From Eledone cirrhosa (taxonomy: Eukaryota), in the NCBI GenBank assembly GCA_964016885.1, contig OZ024742.1, positions 369,272,001 to 369,336,000 on the forward strand: a stretch of 64,000 nt of DNA, given 5' to 3'. A program made the translations under genes and the position numbers. Under the pieces are notes generated by a model. It was given only the letters and a program-made list of their open reading frames with translations, ran no database searches and was not told the origin of the DNA. Of the stretch, positions 53,556 through 64,000 are shown piece by piece. Position 1 is the stretch's first letter; each line of letters starts with the position of its first letter.

Positions 53556-54742
53556 CTGTGGCTAAACAGCAGGGCTGACCTGAGGCTAAACAGCAGGGCT
53601 GACCTGTGGCTAAACAGCAGGGATGTCCTGTGGCTAAACAGCAGGGATGTCCTGTGGCTAAACAGCAGGGCTGACCTGAGGCTAAACCTCAGGGCTGACC
53701 TGTGACTAAACAGCAGGGCTGACCTGAGGCTAAACAGCAGGGCTGACCTATGGCTAAACAGCAGGGCTGACCTGAGGCTAAACAGCAGGGCTGACCTGTG
53801 GCTAAACAGCAGGGCTGACCTGAGGCTAAACAGCAGGGCTGACCTGTGGCTAAACAGCAGGGCTGACCTGAGGCTAAACAGCAGGGATGTCCTGTGGCTA
53901 AACAGCAGGGCTGACCTGTGGCTAAACAGCAGGGCTGACCTGTGGCTAAACAGCAGGGCTGACCTCTGGCTAAACAGCAGGGCTGACCTGAGGCTAAACA
54001 GCAGGGATGTCCTGTGGCTAAACAGCAGGGCTGACCTGTGGCTAAACAGCAGGGCTGACCTGTGGCTAAACAGCAGGGCTGACCTGAGGCTAAACATTAG
54101 GGCTGACCTGTGGCTAAACAGCAGGGCTTACCTGAGGCTAAACAGCTAGGCTGACCCGAGGCTAAACAGCAGGGCCGACCTGTGGCTAAACAGCAGGGCT
54201 GACCTGAGTCTAAACAGCAGGGCTGACCTCTGGCTAAACAGCAGGGCTGACCTGAGGCTAAACAGCAGGGATGTCCTGTGGCTAAACAGCAGGGCTGACC
54301 TGTGGCTAAACAGCAGGGCTGACCTGTGGCTAAACAACAGGGCTGACCTGTGGCTAAACAGCAGGGCTGACCTGACTAAACAGCAGGGCTGACCTGTGGC
54401 TAAACAGCAGGGCTGACCTGTGGCTAAACAGCATGGCTGACCTGAGGCTAAACAGCAGGGCTGGCCTGAGGCTAAACAGCAGGGCTGACCTGTGGCTAAA
54501 CAGCAGGGCTGACCTGAGGCTAAACAGCAGGGCTGACCTGTGGCTAAACAGCAGGGCTGACCTGAGGCTAAACAGCAGGGCTGACCTGTGGCTAAACAGC
54601 AGGGCTGACCTGAGGCTAAACAGCAGGGCTGACCTGTGGCTAAACAGCAGGGCTGACCTGAGTCTAAACAGCAGGGCTGACCTGAGGCTAAACAGCAGGG
54701 CTGACCTGAGGCTAAACAGCAGGGCTGACCTGTGGCTAAACA
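53556..54742. repeat. 24-bp minisatellite CTG(T/A)GGCTAAACAGCAGGGCTGAC, ~49 copies
   Basis: Highly homogeneous tandem units; 8-aa periodic ORFs (FSHRSALL). Confidence 0.96.
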
Positions 54743-54869
54743 CCTCAACATTTACAACAGCAAGAAACATCAAACAATTGATAACACTGATGATGATGAT
54801 GATGACTATATGCCAACTTGTATGTGTGTGTGTATATGTGTATGTATGTGTGTGTTTGGTCGTGTGTGT

Positions 54870-55013
54870 GAGAGAGAAAGAGGGAAAGAGAGAGATGGAG
54901 AGATGGAGTGAGAGAGAGAGAGAGAGAGAGAGTGTGTGAGAGAGAGAGAGAGAGAGGGGGGAATGAGAGAGGGAGATAGATAGAAAGAGAGAGCGAGAGA
55001 GAGCGAGAGAGAG

Positions 55014-55056
<43 letters not shown>
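54870..55056. repeat. (GA)n microsatellite
   Basis: Directly visible. Confidence 0.95.
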
Positions 55057-55059
<3 letters not shown>

Positions 55060-55513
55060 TGTGTGGGTGCGTAAAATAAAAGTTTTGTTTTGTTATAACT
55101 GATGTTAGAAATAGGATAAAACTCTTTGAAATATATTTTAAGTATATATAGCTATTATAAAGCTATATATATATATATATATATATATACATACATGTGT
55201 GTGTATGTGTGTGTGTATGAAATGTGTGTATGAAATGTGTTTGTGTGTGTGTGTATGAAATGTGACTTATTGTTAAAAATCATCTCCTCATAAGACAATA
55301 TGTTGTGTTGTGATCAGGTGAGGATCCTCTTCTATATTAAACACCAAATATCCACTGAAAATAATAATAATGAAATTATTGTGTACAGTGCTCTGGTGCA
55401 CTACACCTCATCAAAGGTGCATGTATAGTACATAGAATAATGTAGAAATGTGAGGGAAGTGAACAGTGTAGGAGTCATGACATACATGTGTATGCAACCC
55501 CCATATATATATG

Positions 55514-55856
55514 TCAATGTGCGTGAACAACTGAGCATGGATGTGTTGAGAGAGAAACTGTCTGAGAGGGATAAATTGTAGTGTGCAAGAGAGGAGACTG
55601 AGCTGGTATGGACATGTGATACGCATAGAGGATGACTGATGGGTGAAGAAGTGCCAAGAAATGCCAGTTGAAGGTAGACGCAGTAGAGGAAGACCACGAA
55701 AAACATGGGCGGAGGTGGTGAGAACAGACCTCAGATCGCTGAAGCTCACGGTGGAGGTGACGAAGGACCGTGACAAGTGGAGAGATGCTGTGCTGAATAG
55801 GACCCGTCCCACCCTTGCAAGCAGGGAAAAGCAGACGTAAAATGATGATGATGATG

Positions 55857-55858
<2 letters not shown>
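55514..55858 (+). mobile_element. 3' fragment of an RTE-clade LINE with (ATG)n tail
   Basis: VQERRLSWYGHVIRIEDD*WVKKC..VEGRRSRGRPRKTW..DRDKWRDAV is a typical RTE ORF C-terminus. Confidence 0.88.
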
Positions 55859-55927
<69 letters not shown>

Positions 55928-56202
55928 AGTGTGTGAGTCTCAGGTTCAATAAGGGGTAAGTGCAGTTAGTAAGGTACTCAATACATTAGTAATCTTCTTC
56001 TTTGCCCACTTATTCCTGAGAGGGTCATGGGGGGCAGAGTCCTGAAACACTCCTTCTAGTGGGTCCTGTCAGAGGTAACAATCTCCAACTGATCCGGGGA
56101 ATGTAAGCACCAAGTTTAATATAGAAATGGCTTCTACAAGACTAGAACTGTTACATTTAAAAGCAATCATCATATACACACACACATACACACATACAAT
56201 CT

Positions 56203-56234
<32 letters not shown>

Positions 56235-56759
56235 GGACTGAACAAAGTCTGATTCACTGCCTTGGGTTCTATTCCCTCCTTGGACTCAACTCACCTCCCC
56301 AATGTCTCTAATACCCCGTCCATTATCACACCCCTAGATTCCTATCGCTTTCTCTTCATCATTAACATCTCTTACAACTAATACAGGCCGACTATATATG
56401 CTCACTCCACTTTTCCCTTCACTGCTCTGTATACACACATACACACCCTTATATTAACATACTTTTGCTCATAGCTTCGTACTTACATGCACACACACTC
56501 TTTTACTCACATATACACACACATTTCTTCTCAGCTTACGCACGTGCTGAAGTATAGCTCTTTTTACAAAACGTTTTTTTTTCCATTTCATGTAGATGCG
56601 CTGCATCATCCACTTTTCTAAAAATAAATCATACACAAAACGCCTGCACCAACAGTTTTGCAAGAGATGTCAACATGAATGGACCTGTTATTTTTATCTA
56701 AAGACTTTTTTCCAATTCCATCATGCCTGTCGCCTCAATCTATCTTATTTTTCATTCTT

Positions 56760-56795
56760 TCTTCTGATGAAGGACTAGCGTCCGAAACGTTAAGA
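56760..56795 (+). ncRNA. Minimal type I hammerhead ribozyme motif (Penelope-like-element style)
   Basis: TCTT CTGATGA A GGAC TAGC GTCC GAAA CGT T AAGA: stem I TCTT/AAGA, stem II GGAC/GTCC, palindromic helix III ACGT. Confidence 0.65.
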
Positions 56796-56888
56796 CCCTC
56801 TTCCTGCTATATCAAGCGTTAACCTAATATATACCTTCCATATACTGTATCGATTGTGTGGTTATTTCTGTTTACCTTTTACATATAT

Positions 56889-56924
<36 letters not shown>

Positions 56925-56971
56925 GTGACGAAACATAAGTCAATTGCATGAACTCATAATCCTTTATTTAT

Positions 56972-57023
56972 TGCTATATATATTTCGATGATAGCCTTTG
57001 AATGGCTATGACCTCATCAGGCA
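56972..57023 (-). ncRNA. Minimal type I hammerhead ribozyme motif
   Basis: Minus strand TGC CTGATGA GGTCATAGCC ATTCAAA GGCTATCATC GAAA TATATATA GCA: stem I TGC/GCA, 9 of 10 pairs in stem II, palindromic helix III, AUA triplet. Confidence 0.7.
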
Positions 57024-57088
57024 GTTAGTCAGTTCTTAGATATACCAGCTCTGTGTGTATAGTGTTGATGGTATCAGAGCTTTGGGAC

Positions 57089-57163
<75 letters not shown>

Positions 57164-57199
57164 AAGCTATGTTGGTACCACAACATCCAGTCCGAAATA

Positions 57200-57437
57200 A
57201 ATGAGGTCGTGTAGGTGTCACGACAAAAAAAAACACATAGTCCACGGTGTAATGTGGCCGTGTAGGTAACACGGTAAAAACCTCCCAGTCCTCACTGTAA
57301 ACGTGGTTGGTGTTAGGAAGGGCATCCAGCCGTAGAAAACCCGCCAGACAGTCCTATACGAGCAAGACAACCAATCTTGCCTCAAGTGGGAAAATTCTCG
57401 TTCAAACTCATGCCAGCGTGGAAGATGGACGTTAAAC

Positions 57438-57470
<33 letters not shown>
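57200..57470 (+). mobile_element. SINE with RTE-type tail; body contains tandem sub-repeats
   Basis: Two GG(T/C)CGTGTAGGT..CACG..AAAAA blocks, then GGTTGGTGTTAGGAAGGGCATCCAGCCGTAGAAAA and the GGACGTTAAACG(ATG)n tail. Confidence 0.8.
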
Positions 57471-57519
<49 letters not shown>

Positions 57520-59212
57520 CAAAATTAGACAGAATTATCCCCCAAGTTAAGGTTAAAGTAGAAATTAAACTATGGGGTAACACTCATGAAGCAATAAGAT
57601 GGTTTAATAACATTACTGATAAGAAAAAAATCAAAATTTATTCAGTTTGATATTGATGAACATTATTCCTCAATTTCACCTGATACGCTACATGAAGCTC
57701 TTTCGTTCGCTAAGGCTAATTCCGACCTTACGGATGCTGAAATTAAAATTATTATGGAAGCGAGGAAAACTATAGTTAAATTCGATGATAGCTACTGGGT
57801 TCGCAAAGATAGACCTTCTAATTTTGATATTACTATGGGTTCTAATGATACGGCGGAAGTAACAGATCTTGTGGGAATTTATATCACCCACAGACTACAA
57901 GGAAAATTCAAGGATCTCCACGGTGGAATCTACCGTGATGATGCGCTCCTATTAGTTAAGCATATGAATAACCAGAATTTAGAAAGGATGCGTAAAAATA
58001 TCAGAAAGCTTTTTAAGGAACTAGGATTAAATATTACATTTGAATATAACCTCAAAGAGGTCAATTTCCTTGATGTTACTTTGAATCTCAATACAGACAC
58101 GATTAAACCGTTCCATAAACTAAATGAGAACCTTAAATATGTAAATACGAGTTCTAACCATCCACTCTCTATAATTAAATCCATCCCTAGAAATGTTTCT
58201 CTTAGAATCTCCCGCCTGTCGTCCAACCAACAAACCTTCAAAGAACATGCCGAATATTATGATGATGCACTTAGAAAAGCCGGACACCTAGATAATATAG
58301 AGTATATAGTCGAAGATCACCAAAACACCCAAAATAAATCCCATAGGAGTAGAAATAGCACAGAATCACCACCATACATACACTACCGCAATAGACACAA
58401 TAATAGTCGCACACCACCAAACAGAAGGCGATGTAAAGAGTATATTTGGTACAACCCGGTCTATAACAACTCTATTAAAACCAATCTACCCTCACAATTC
58501 TTTCGATTAGTTAAAAAACACTTTCCAACATCACATAAATATAATAAAATCTTAAACCCTAACACCATCCGACTTTCATATTCAACCGCCCCTAATATTG
58601 AACAACATATAAAAAAGCTTAACGCAAAACGGTTGTATAAACGCCTTCCAACTCATAACAATACACGTAAAACATTAGCTATAACATCACAAAACAACAA
58701 ACAACATCCTGTCCTACATAAGCAACCTCATCAACCCATCCATGACAATACAACAACGCAAAATTATAATTGCAACTGTGTCCAACCAGGAATGTGTCCG
58801 TTGAACAACCAGTGTCTTGAACGCAACATCGTATACAAATGTACTATCGAATCGGATAGACAGAAGTGGTACTATGTGGGATCTACAGCCACCTCCTTCA
58901 AATCACGCCTTTATAGACATCGTTACTCGATAAAACATGAAAACCAGCGTTATGTAACAACACTCGCAGACAAGGCTTGGCAGCTGCGTGAAAATAACCA
59001 ACAATTTCACCTTAAATGGGATATAATAGCGGCTGCCCCCCCCCCCCCCCACCTATTCCCACGGACAGGAATTTTGTAAATTATGTAATGTAGAATTATT
59101 TTGTATTATGAAATCCAAAAACATTTTATTAAATAACAGAATAGAGCGATCGTTATACTGTAACCATCGCTTAAAATCTACATTTTCATATTATAAATAC
59201 CACCAGGATTGA
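57520..59212 (+). pseudogene. PLE RT/GIY-YIG reading frame (ORF track 57754-59079), extended across two homopolymer frameshifts
   Basis: Upstream frame KLDRIIPQV..WGNTHEAIRWF joins via the A-run at ~57624-57630; downstream of C15 at 59036-59050 reads YSHGQEFCKLCNVE..LLNNRIE..CNHR..* (TGA 59210-59212). Confidence 0.85.
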
Positions 59213-59682
59213 ACGCCCGTCTCTATCCCCGTTTGGTTGTCAAAATAGATATTAACATTCTCTATCAACTCTTCTATTATTTACCATTTAATATAAACTG
59301 CTATAGATAAAATGAGATTTCTGATTTCTTAATTCAATTCCCTAATGCACATACCAGCTGGCTACTAGCATTGATGTTATTCAGTAGCAATCGAAATCTC
59401 CCCCTTCCCCAATTGACACTTTATAACTAATACTACTACACCAAATGATCAGCCCTGTCCACTGTCCAATTGGTCAAGTAGAGATTAAAATTGGCACTCC
59501 CAAAAATTCTTATTTAGATAAAATGAACCATTTACTCATGGTATTCTCATTAGAAACCCTTTATATACTTGTTTAGCAGTAAATTGAATTACCATCTGTC
59601 ATATACTATCCCCTCTCTTCTTCCTCTATTACTAATATAAATACTTCAATTTTTCTGATTTTATCCATTTTATCCAAAATCT

Positions 59683-59791
59683 CTGAAGAAGTGACAGCTG
59701 ATTATACATTTGCTATAGAATACTTGCTAACATTATATGATTACGCAAGCAGCGATACATAGGTATTCCGTCTGTTACAGAAACATATGTC
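59683..59791 (+). ncRNA. Degenerate hammerhead motif in the PLE 3' region, with a long insertion in loop II
   Basis: CTGAAGA A GTGACAG..(~74 nt)..CTGTTAC A GAAA CATATG TC: palindromic ACATATGT, GUC triplet; stem I not evident. Confidence 0.5.
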
Positions 59792-59951
59792 AATACCTAA
59801 TAAATTCCTTTTTAAAAAAAGCACTTTCATTTTATATTCATCTTTTCTACATTTTCTCCGGAATATAATTTATACTCGTTGATCAAACCTACACGTACGC
59901 TGTTCATCTCTAACGTAACGATATATTATCACTACATTATTGATAACCTGA

Positions 59952-60015
<64 letters not shown>

Positions 60016-60051
60016 GTAAAAGGTAAACAGAAATAACAACACAATCGATAC

Positions 60052-60176
60052 TCCGCGTGGTGACACGCGTAGCGGTTCGGACTTCATCGCCTACTTATGT
60101 ATGGCGTGACCATTCTCTGTCTAACCCATGCTAGCGTGGAAAATGGACGTTAAACGAACATGATGATGATGATGAT
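60052..60176 (+). mobile_element. RTE-type 3' tail fragment
   Basis: CTAACCCATGCTAGCGTGGAAAATGGACGTTAAACGAAC(ATG)n, with upstream sequence unlike the SINE bodies. Confidence 0.65.
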
Positions 60177-60333
60177 TATAAACATGAAAATGCACTTCTT
60201 AATTTTTCAATTTATATTTTATATTTTATCAAGTCAATATGAAAAGAACTAAAATCGGTTTAAAGACCTCCAATTACATTTTCAATCCTCAAACCTTTCA
60301 TTATATTCCTGCTTCTGTACGTCTGTGTGATGA

Positions 60334-62224
60334 TCATCTCCATCACCACCATCATCACCACCATCACCACCATCATCACCTCCACCACCATCACCACCAT
60401 CACCACCATCACCACCACCATTATCATCACCATCACCACCACCACCACCATCACCACCACCATCACCACCATCATCATCACCACCACCACCACCATCATC
60501 ACCATCACCACCACCACCATCACCATCATCACCTCCATCACCATCACCACCACCACCACCATCACCACCACCACCATCACCACCACCACCACCACCACCA
60601 CCACCACCACCACCACCACCACCATCACCATCATCACCATCATCACCACCACCATCACCACCATCATCACCATCACAACCATCAGCACCACCATCATCAT
60701 CACCACCAACACCATCATCACCACCACCACCACCACCACCACCACCACCACCACCATCATCATCACCATCACCATCACCACCACCACGACCTCCACCAAC
60801 ACCATCACCACCATCACTATCACCATCACCACCACCACCACCACCATCACCACCACCATCATCACCATCATCACCACCATCACCACTACCATTACCACCA
60901 CCATCACCACCACCACCACCACCACCATCACCACCACCACCACCATCACCATCATCACCATCATCACCACCACCTTCACCATCACCACCACCATCACCAT
61001 CACCACCACCACCATCACTACCACCAGCACCATCACCACCATCACCACCACCACCACCACCATCATCATCACCAACACCACCACCATCATCATCACCATC
61101 ACCACCACCACCATCACCACCACCACCATCACCACCATCACCACCATCACCACCACCACCATCACCATCATCATCACCGCCGCCACCACCACCACCACCA
61201 CCACCATCATCATCACCATCACCACCATCACCACCACCACCACCACCACCACCACCATCATCACCACCACCACCATCACCACCATCATCACCACCACCAC
61301 CATCACCACCACCAGCATGACCACCACCATCACCACCATCACCACCACCACCATCACCATCACCACCATCATCACCATCACCACCATCACCACCATCATC
61401 ACCACCACCATCACCACCACCTTCACCATCACCACCACCATCACCACCACCACCATCTCCACCACCACCACCATCATCATCACCATCACCACCATCATCA
61501 CCATCACCACCATCTTCACCATCACCACCACCACCAACAACATCACCATCACCATCTCCACCACCACCATCACCCTCACCATCACCCTCACCATCACCAT
61601 CACCACCACCACCACCACCACCATCATCATCACCGCCACCACCACCACCACCATCATCATCACCATCACCACCACCACCACCACCACCACCATCACCACC
61701 ACCACCACCACCATCATCATCACCGCCACCACCACCACCACCATCATCATCACCACCATCACCACCACCACCACCACCTCCACCACCATCATCACCACCA
61801 CCACCATCACCATCACCACCACCACCACCACCATCACCACCATCACCACCATCATCATGACCACCACCATCACCACCACCACCATCACCATCACCACCAT
61901 CATCACCATCACCACCATCACCACCATCATCACCACCACCATCACCACCACCTTCACCATCACCACCACCATCACCATCACCATCTCTACCACCACCATC
62001 ACCACGATCACCACCACCTTCACCATCACCACCACCATCACCACCACCACCACCACCATCATCATCACCACCACCATCACCATCACCACCACCATCATCA
62101 CCACCACCACCATCTTCACCATCACCATCACCACCAACAACATCACCATCACCATCTCCACCACCACCATCGTCACCACCACCATCACCCACACCATCAT
62201 CATCGCCATCATCATCACCACCAT
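60334..62224. repeat. (CAC/CAT)n trinucleotide array, ~1.9 kb
   Basis: Directly visible; source of the poly-H/T/V/G ORF artefacts. Confidence 0.97.
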
Positions 62225-62622
62225 TTAACGTCTGTTTTCACTGCTAGCAAGTCCTTTGATTAGTCTTCACAAACCATGTCAGTACTCAACTGGGGCAAAT
62301 GACCTCTCAGATGCGCCAGGGGTCAACATCTCACATCTGATCCCACATTCTACCAAGTCTATTTTAACATGACACCAACACTAGGCAGTTTGTAAGGTTT
62401 TTGACAGCTGAAATATCCTTCTAACCCTTTGGCAGGTTTTCTAGATCTAGATGCCCTTCCTATCACCAGCCACTTTACAGAGTGTACTGGGTGTGTTTAT
62501 CATATAGATCAGCAACACTAGGGAGGGGTTGTAATGTCTCAGATATAACTGAAGAGTTCTATTGACCCTTTGTTTGGCAGGTTTGCTATGGCTGGATAGT
62601 CTTCCTATTACCAACCATTTAA
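62224..62622 (-). mobile_element. Old RTE-tailed SINE with repeated degenerate AGGAAGGGCATC-type blocks
   Basis: + strand TTTAACGTCTGTTTTCACTGCTAGCA (reversed tail); GATGCCCTTCCTATCACCAGCCACTTTACAG; GGCTGGATAGTCTTCCTATTACCAACC. Confidence 0.6.
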
Positions 62623-62670
62623 CCCTTTCATGAATGCATTTCTAATGAAATACACATTATTTTAATTAAT

Positions 62671-62858
62671 TAATTGTTTCTACTTTTTGGCACAAGGCCA
62701 GCAATTACCCCAGTGCATTACTGGTACTTTATTTTATCAACCCCGAAAGGATGAAAGGCAAAGTTAACCTCGGCGGGATTTAAATTCAGAATGGCAAGGG
62801 CCATAACTCTATGTGTCAATGCATGGTCTCCGACCCTCTACCGATACTGCCAATCCAC
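62671..62858 (-). mobile_element. tRNA-derived SINE (family of 45135-45320)
   Basis: Reverse complement matches the 45135 copy: CTGGTACTTTTATTTTATCAACCCCGAAAGGATGAAAGGCAAAGTTAACCTCGGCGGGATTT. Confidence 0.85.
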
Positions 62859-63612
62859 AAGGTGGCAGGCAGATGAAATATGATGCCTCAGAGGACAGAT
62901 ACCAGTGGCCAGTGGTCAACAGAGAGACAATCCACAAGGTGGGTGACAGGTAGATGATATATAATGCCTCAGAGGACAGAGACCAGTGACCAGTGGTCAA
63001 CAGAGAGACAATCCACAAGGTGGGTGACAGGTAGATGATATATAATGCCTCAGAGGACAGAGACCAGTGACCAGTGGTCAACAGAGAGACAATCCACAAG
63101 GTGGGTGACAGGTAGATGATATATAATGTCTCAGAGGACAGAGACCAGTGACCAGTGGTCAACAGAGAGACAATCCACAAGGTGGGTGACAGGTAGATGA
63201 TATATAATGTCTCAGAGGACAGAGACCAGTGACCAGTGATCAACAGAGAGACAATCCACAAGGTGGGTGACAGGTAGATGATATATAATGTCTCAGAGGA
63301 CAGAGACCAGTGACCAGTGGTCAACAGAGAGACAATCCACAAGGTGGGTGACAGGTAGATGATATATAATGTCTCAGAGGACAGAGACCAGTGACCAGTG
63401 GTCAACAGAGAGACAATCCACAAGGTGGGTGACAGGTAGATGATATATAATGTCTCAGAGGACAGAGACCAGTGACCAGTGGTCAACAGAGAGACAATCC
63501 ACAAGGTGGGTGACAGGTAGATGATATATAATGTCACAGAGGACAGAGACCAGTGACCAGTGGTCAACAGAGAGACAATCCACAAGGTGGGTGACAGGTG
63601 GATGATATATAA
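62851..63612. repeat. 81-bp minisatellite, ~9.4 near-identical copies
   Basis: Unit CAATCCACAAGGTGGGTGACAGGTAGATGATATATAATG(T/C)CTCAGAGGACAGAGACCAGTGACCAGTGGTCAACAGAGAGA; 27-aa periodic ORF. Confidence 0.96.
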
Positions 63613-63780
63613 TTGTTTCTACTTTTGGCACAAGGCCAGCAATTTCCCAGTGTATTACTGGTACTTTATTTTATCGACCCCCGTAAGGATGAAAGGCAAA
63701 GTTAACCTCGGCGGGATTTGAACTCAGAATGGCAAGGGCCGTATATCTATGCGTCAAAGCATGGCGTCCGACCCTCTACT
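63611..63780 (-). mobile_element. tRNA-derived SINE (family of 45135-45320), lacking the extreme 5' end
   Basis: CTGGTACTTTATTTTATCGACCCCCGTAAGGATGAAAGGCAAAGTTAACCTCGGCGGGATTTGAACTC..GTCCGACCCTCTAC. Confidence 0.85.
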
Positions 63781-64000
63781 TATATCTATTCATTCTCAAT
63801 TTATTTTTCAATATATATTCTTATATTTTTCTATATATTTACTTTTTCTATATATATATTTTTTCTTTATACTTATAAAAGTAAATATTATATTGTATTA
63901 TATTAGAATTCTAACAACAAAATAATTACTAAATATACGTAACTTTAATATAAACTTAAGACTTATTTACGTTATATGAGTTCATCTTCTGTTAAATTTC

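Larger units (their letters stand above)
57518..59957 (+). mobile_element. 5'-truncated Penelope-like element, Neptune-type (RT + Cys-rich linker + GIY-YIG endonuclease), with 3' pLTR-like region
   Basis: FIQFDI, ITMGSNDTAEVTDLVG, IYRDDAL, NFLDVTL, YVNTSSNHP; CNC..CPLNNQC..IVYKC..YYVGST..FKSRLYRH; bounded by (TA)n at both ends. Confidence 0.92.

Noticed and set aside
62809-63585. 258-aa membrane-like repeat protein
   Set aside because: Translation of the 81-bp minisatellite running into a SINE; no ATG start or splice support

Overview
Eukaryotic, almost entirely repetitive DNA with no recognisable host protein-coding gene; the SINE/LINE repertoire recalls a cephalopod (octopus-like) genome, which is an inference. 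1-7260 is a 21-bp satellite and 7576-40880 a 40-bp satellite (~830 monomers) with multi-kb higher-order duplications. 41-64 kb is a retroelement/microsatellite field: tRNA-type and RTE-tailed SINEs, RTE and Tx1-like LINE fragments, two R4/Dong-like RLE LINE fragments and a Neptune-type Penelope-like element. It also holds several minimal hammerhead ribozyme motifs, 24-bp and 81-bp minisatellites and long (CAC/CAT)n and (TG/TATG)n tracts. Most notable: four copies of a ~607-bp non-coding element nested in (TACA)n arrays, with a structured 5' domain showing a compensatory base change between copies, and a 26-bp perfect hairpin centred on a candidate micro-exon splice donor. Nearly all ORF-track entries are repeat artefacts.
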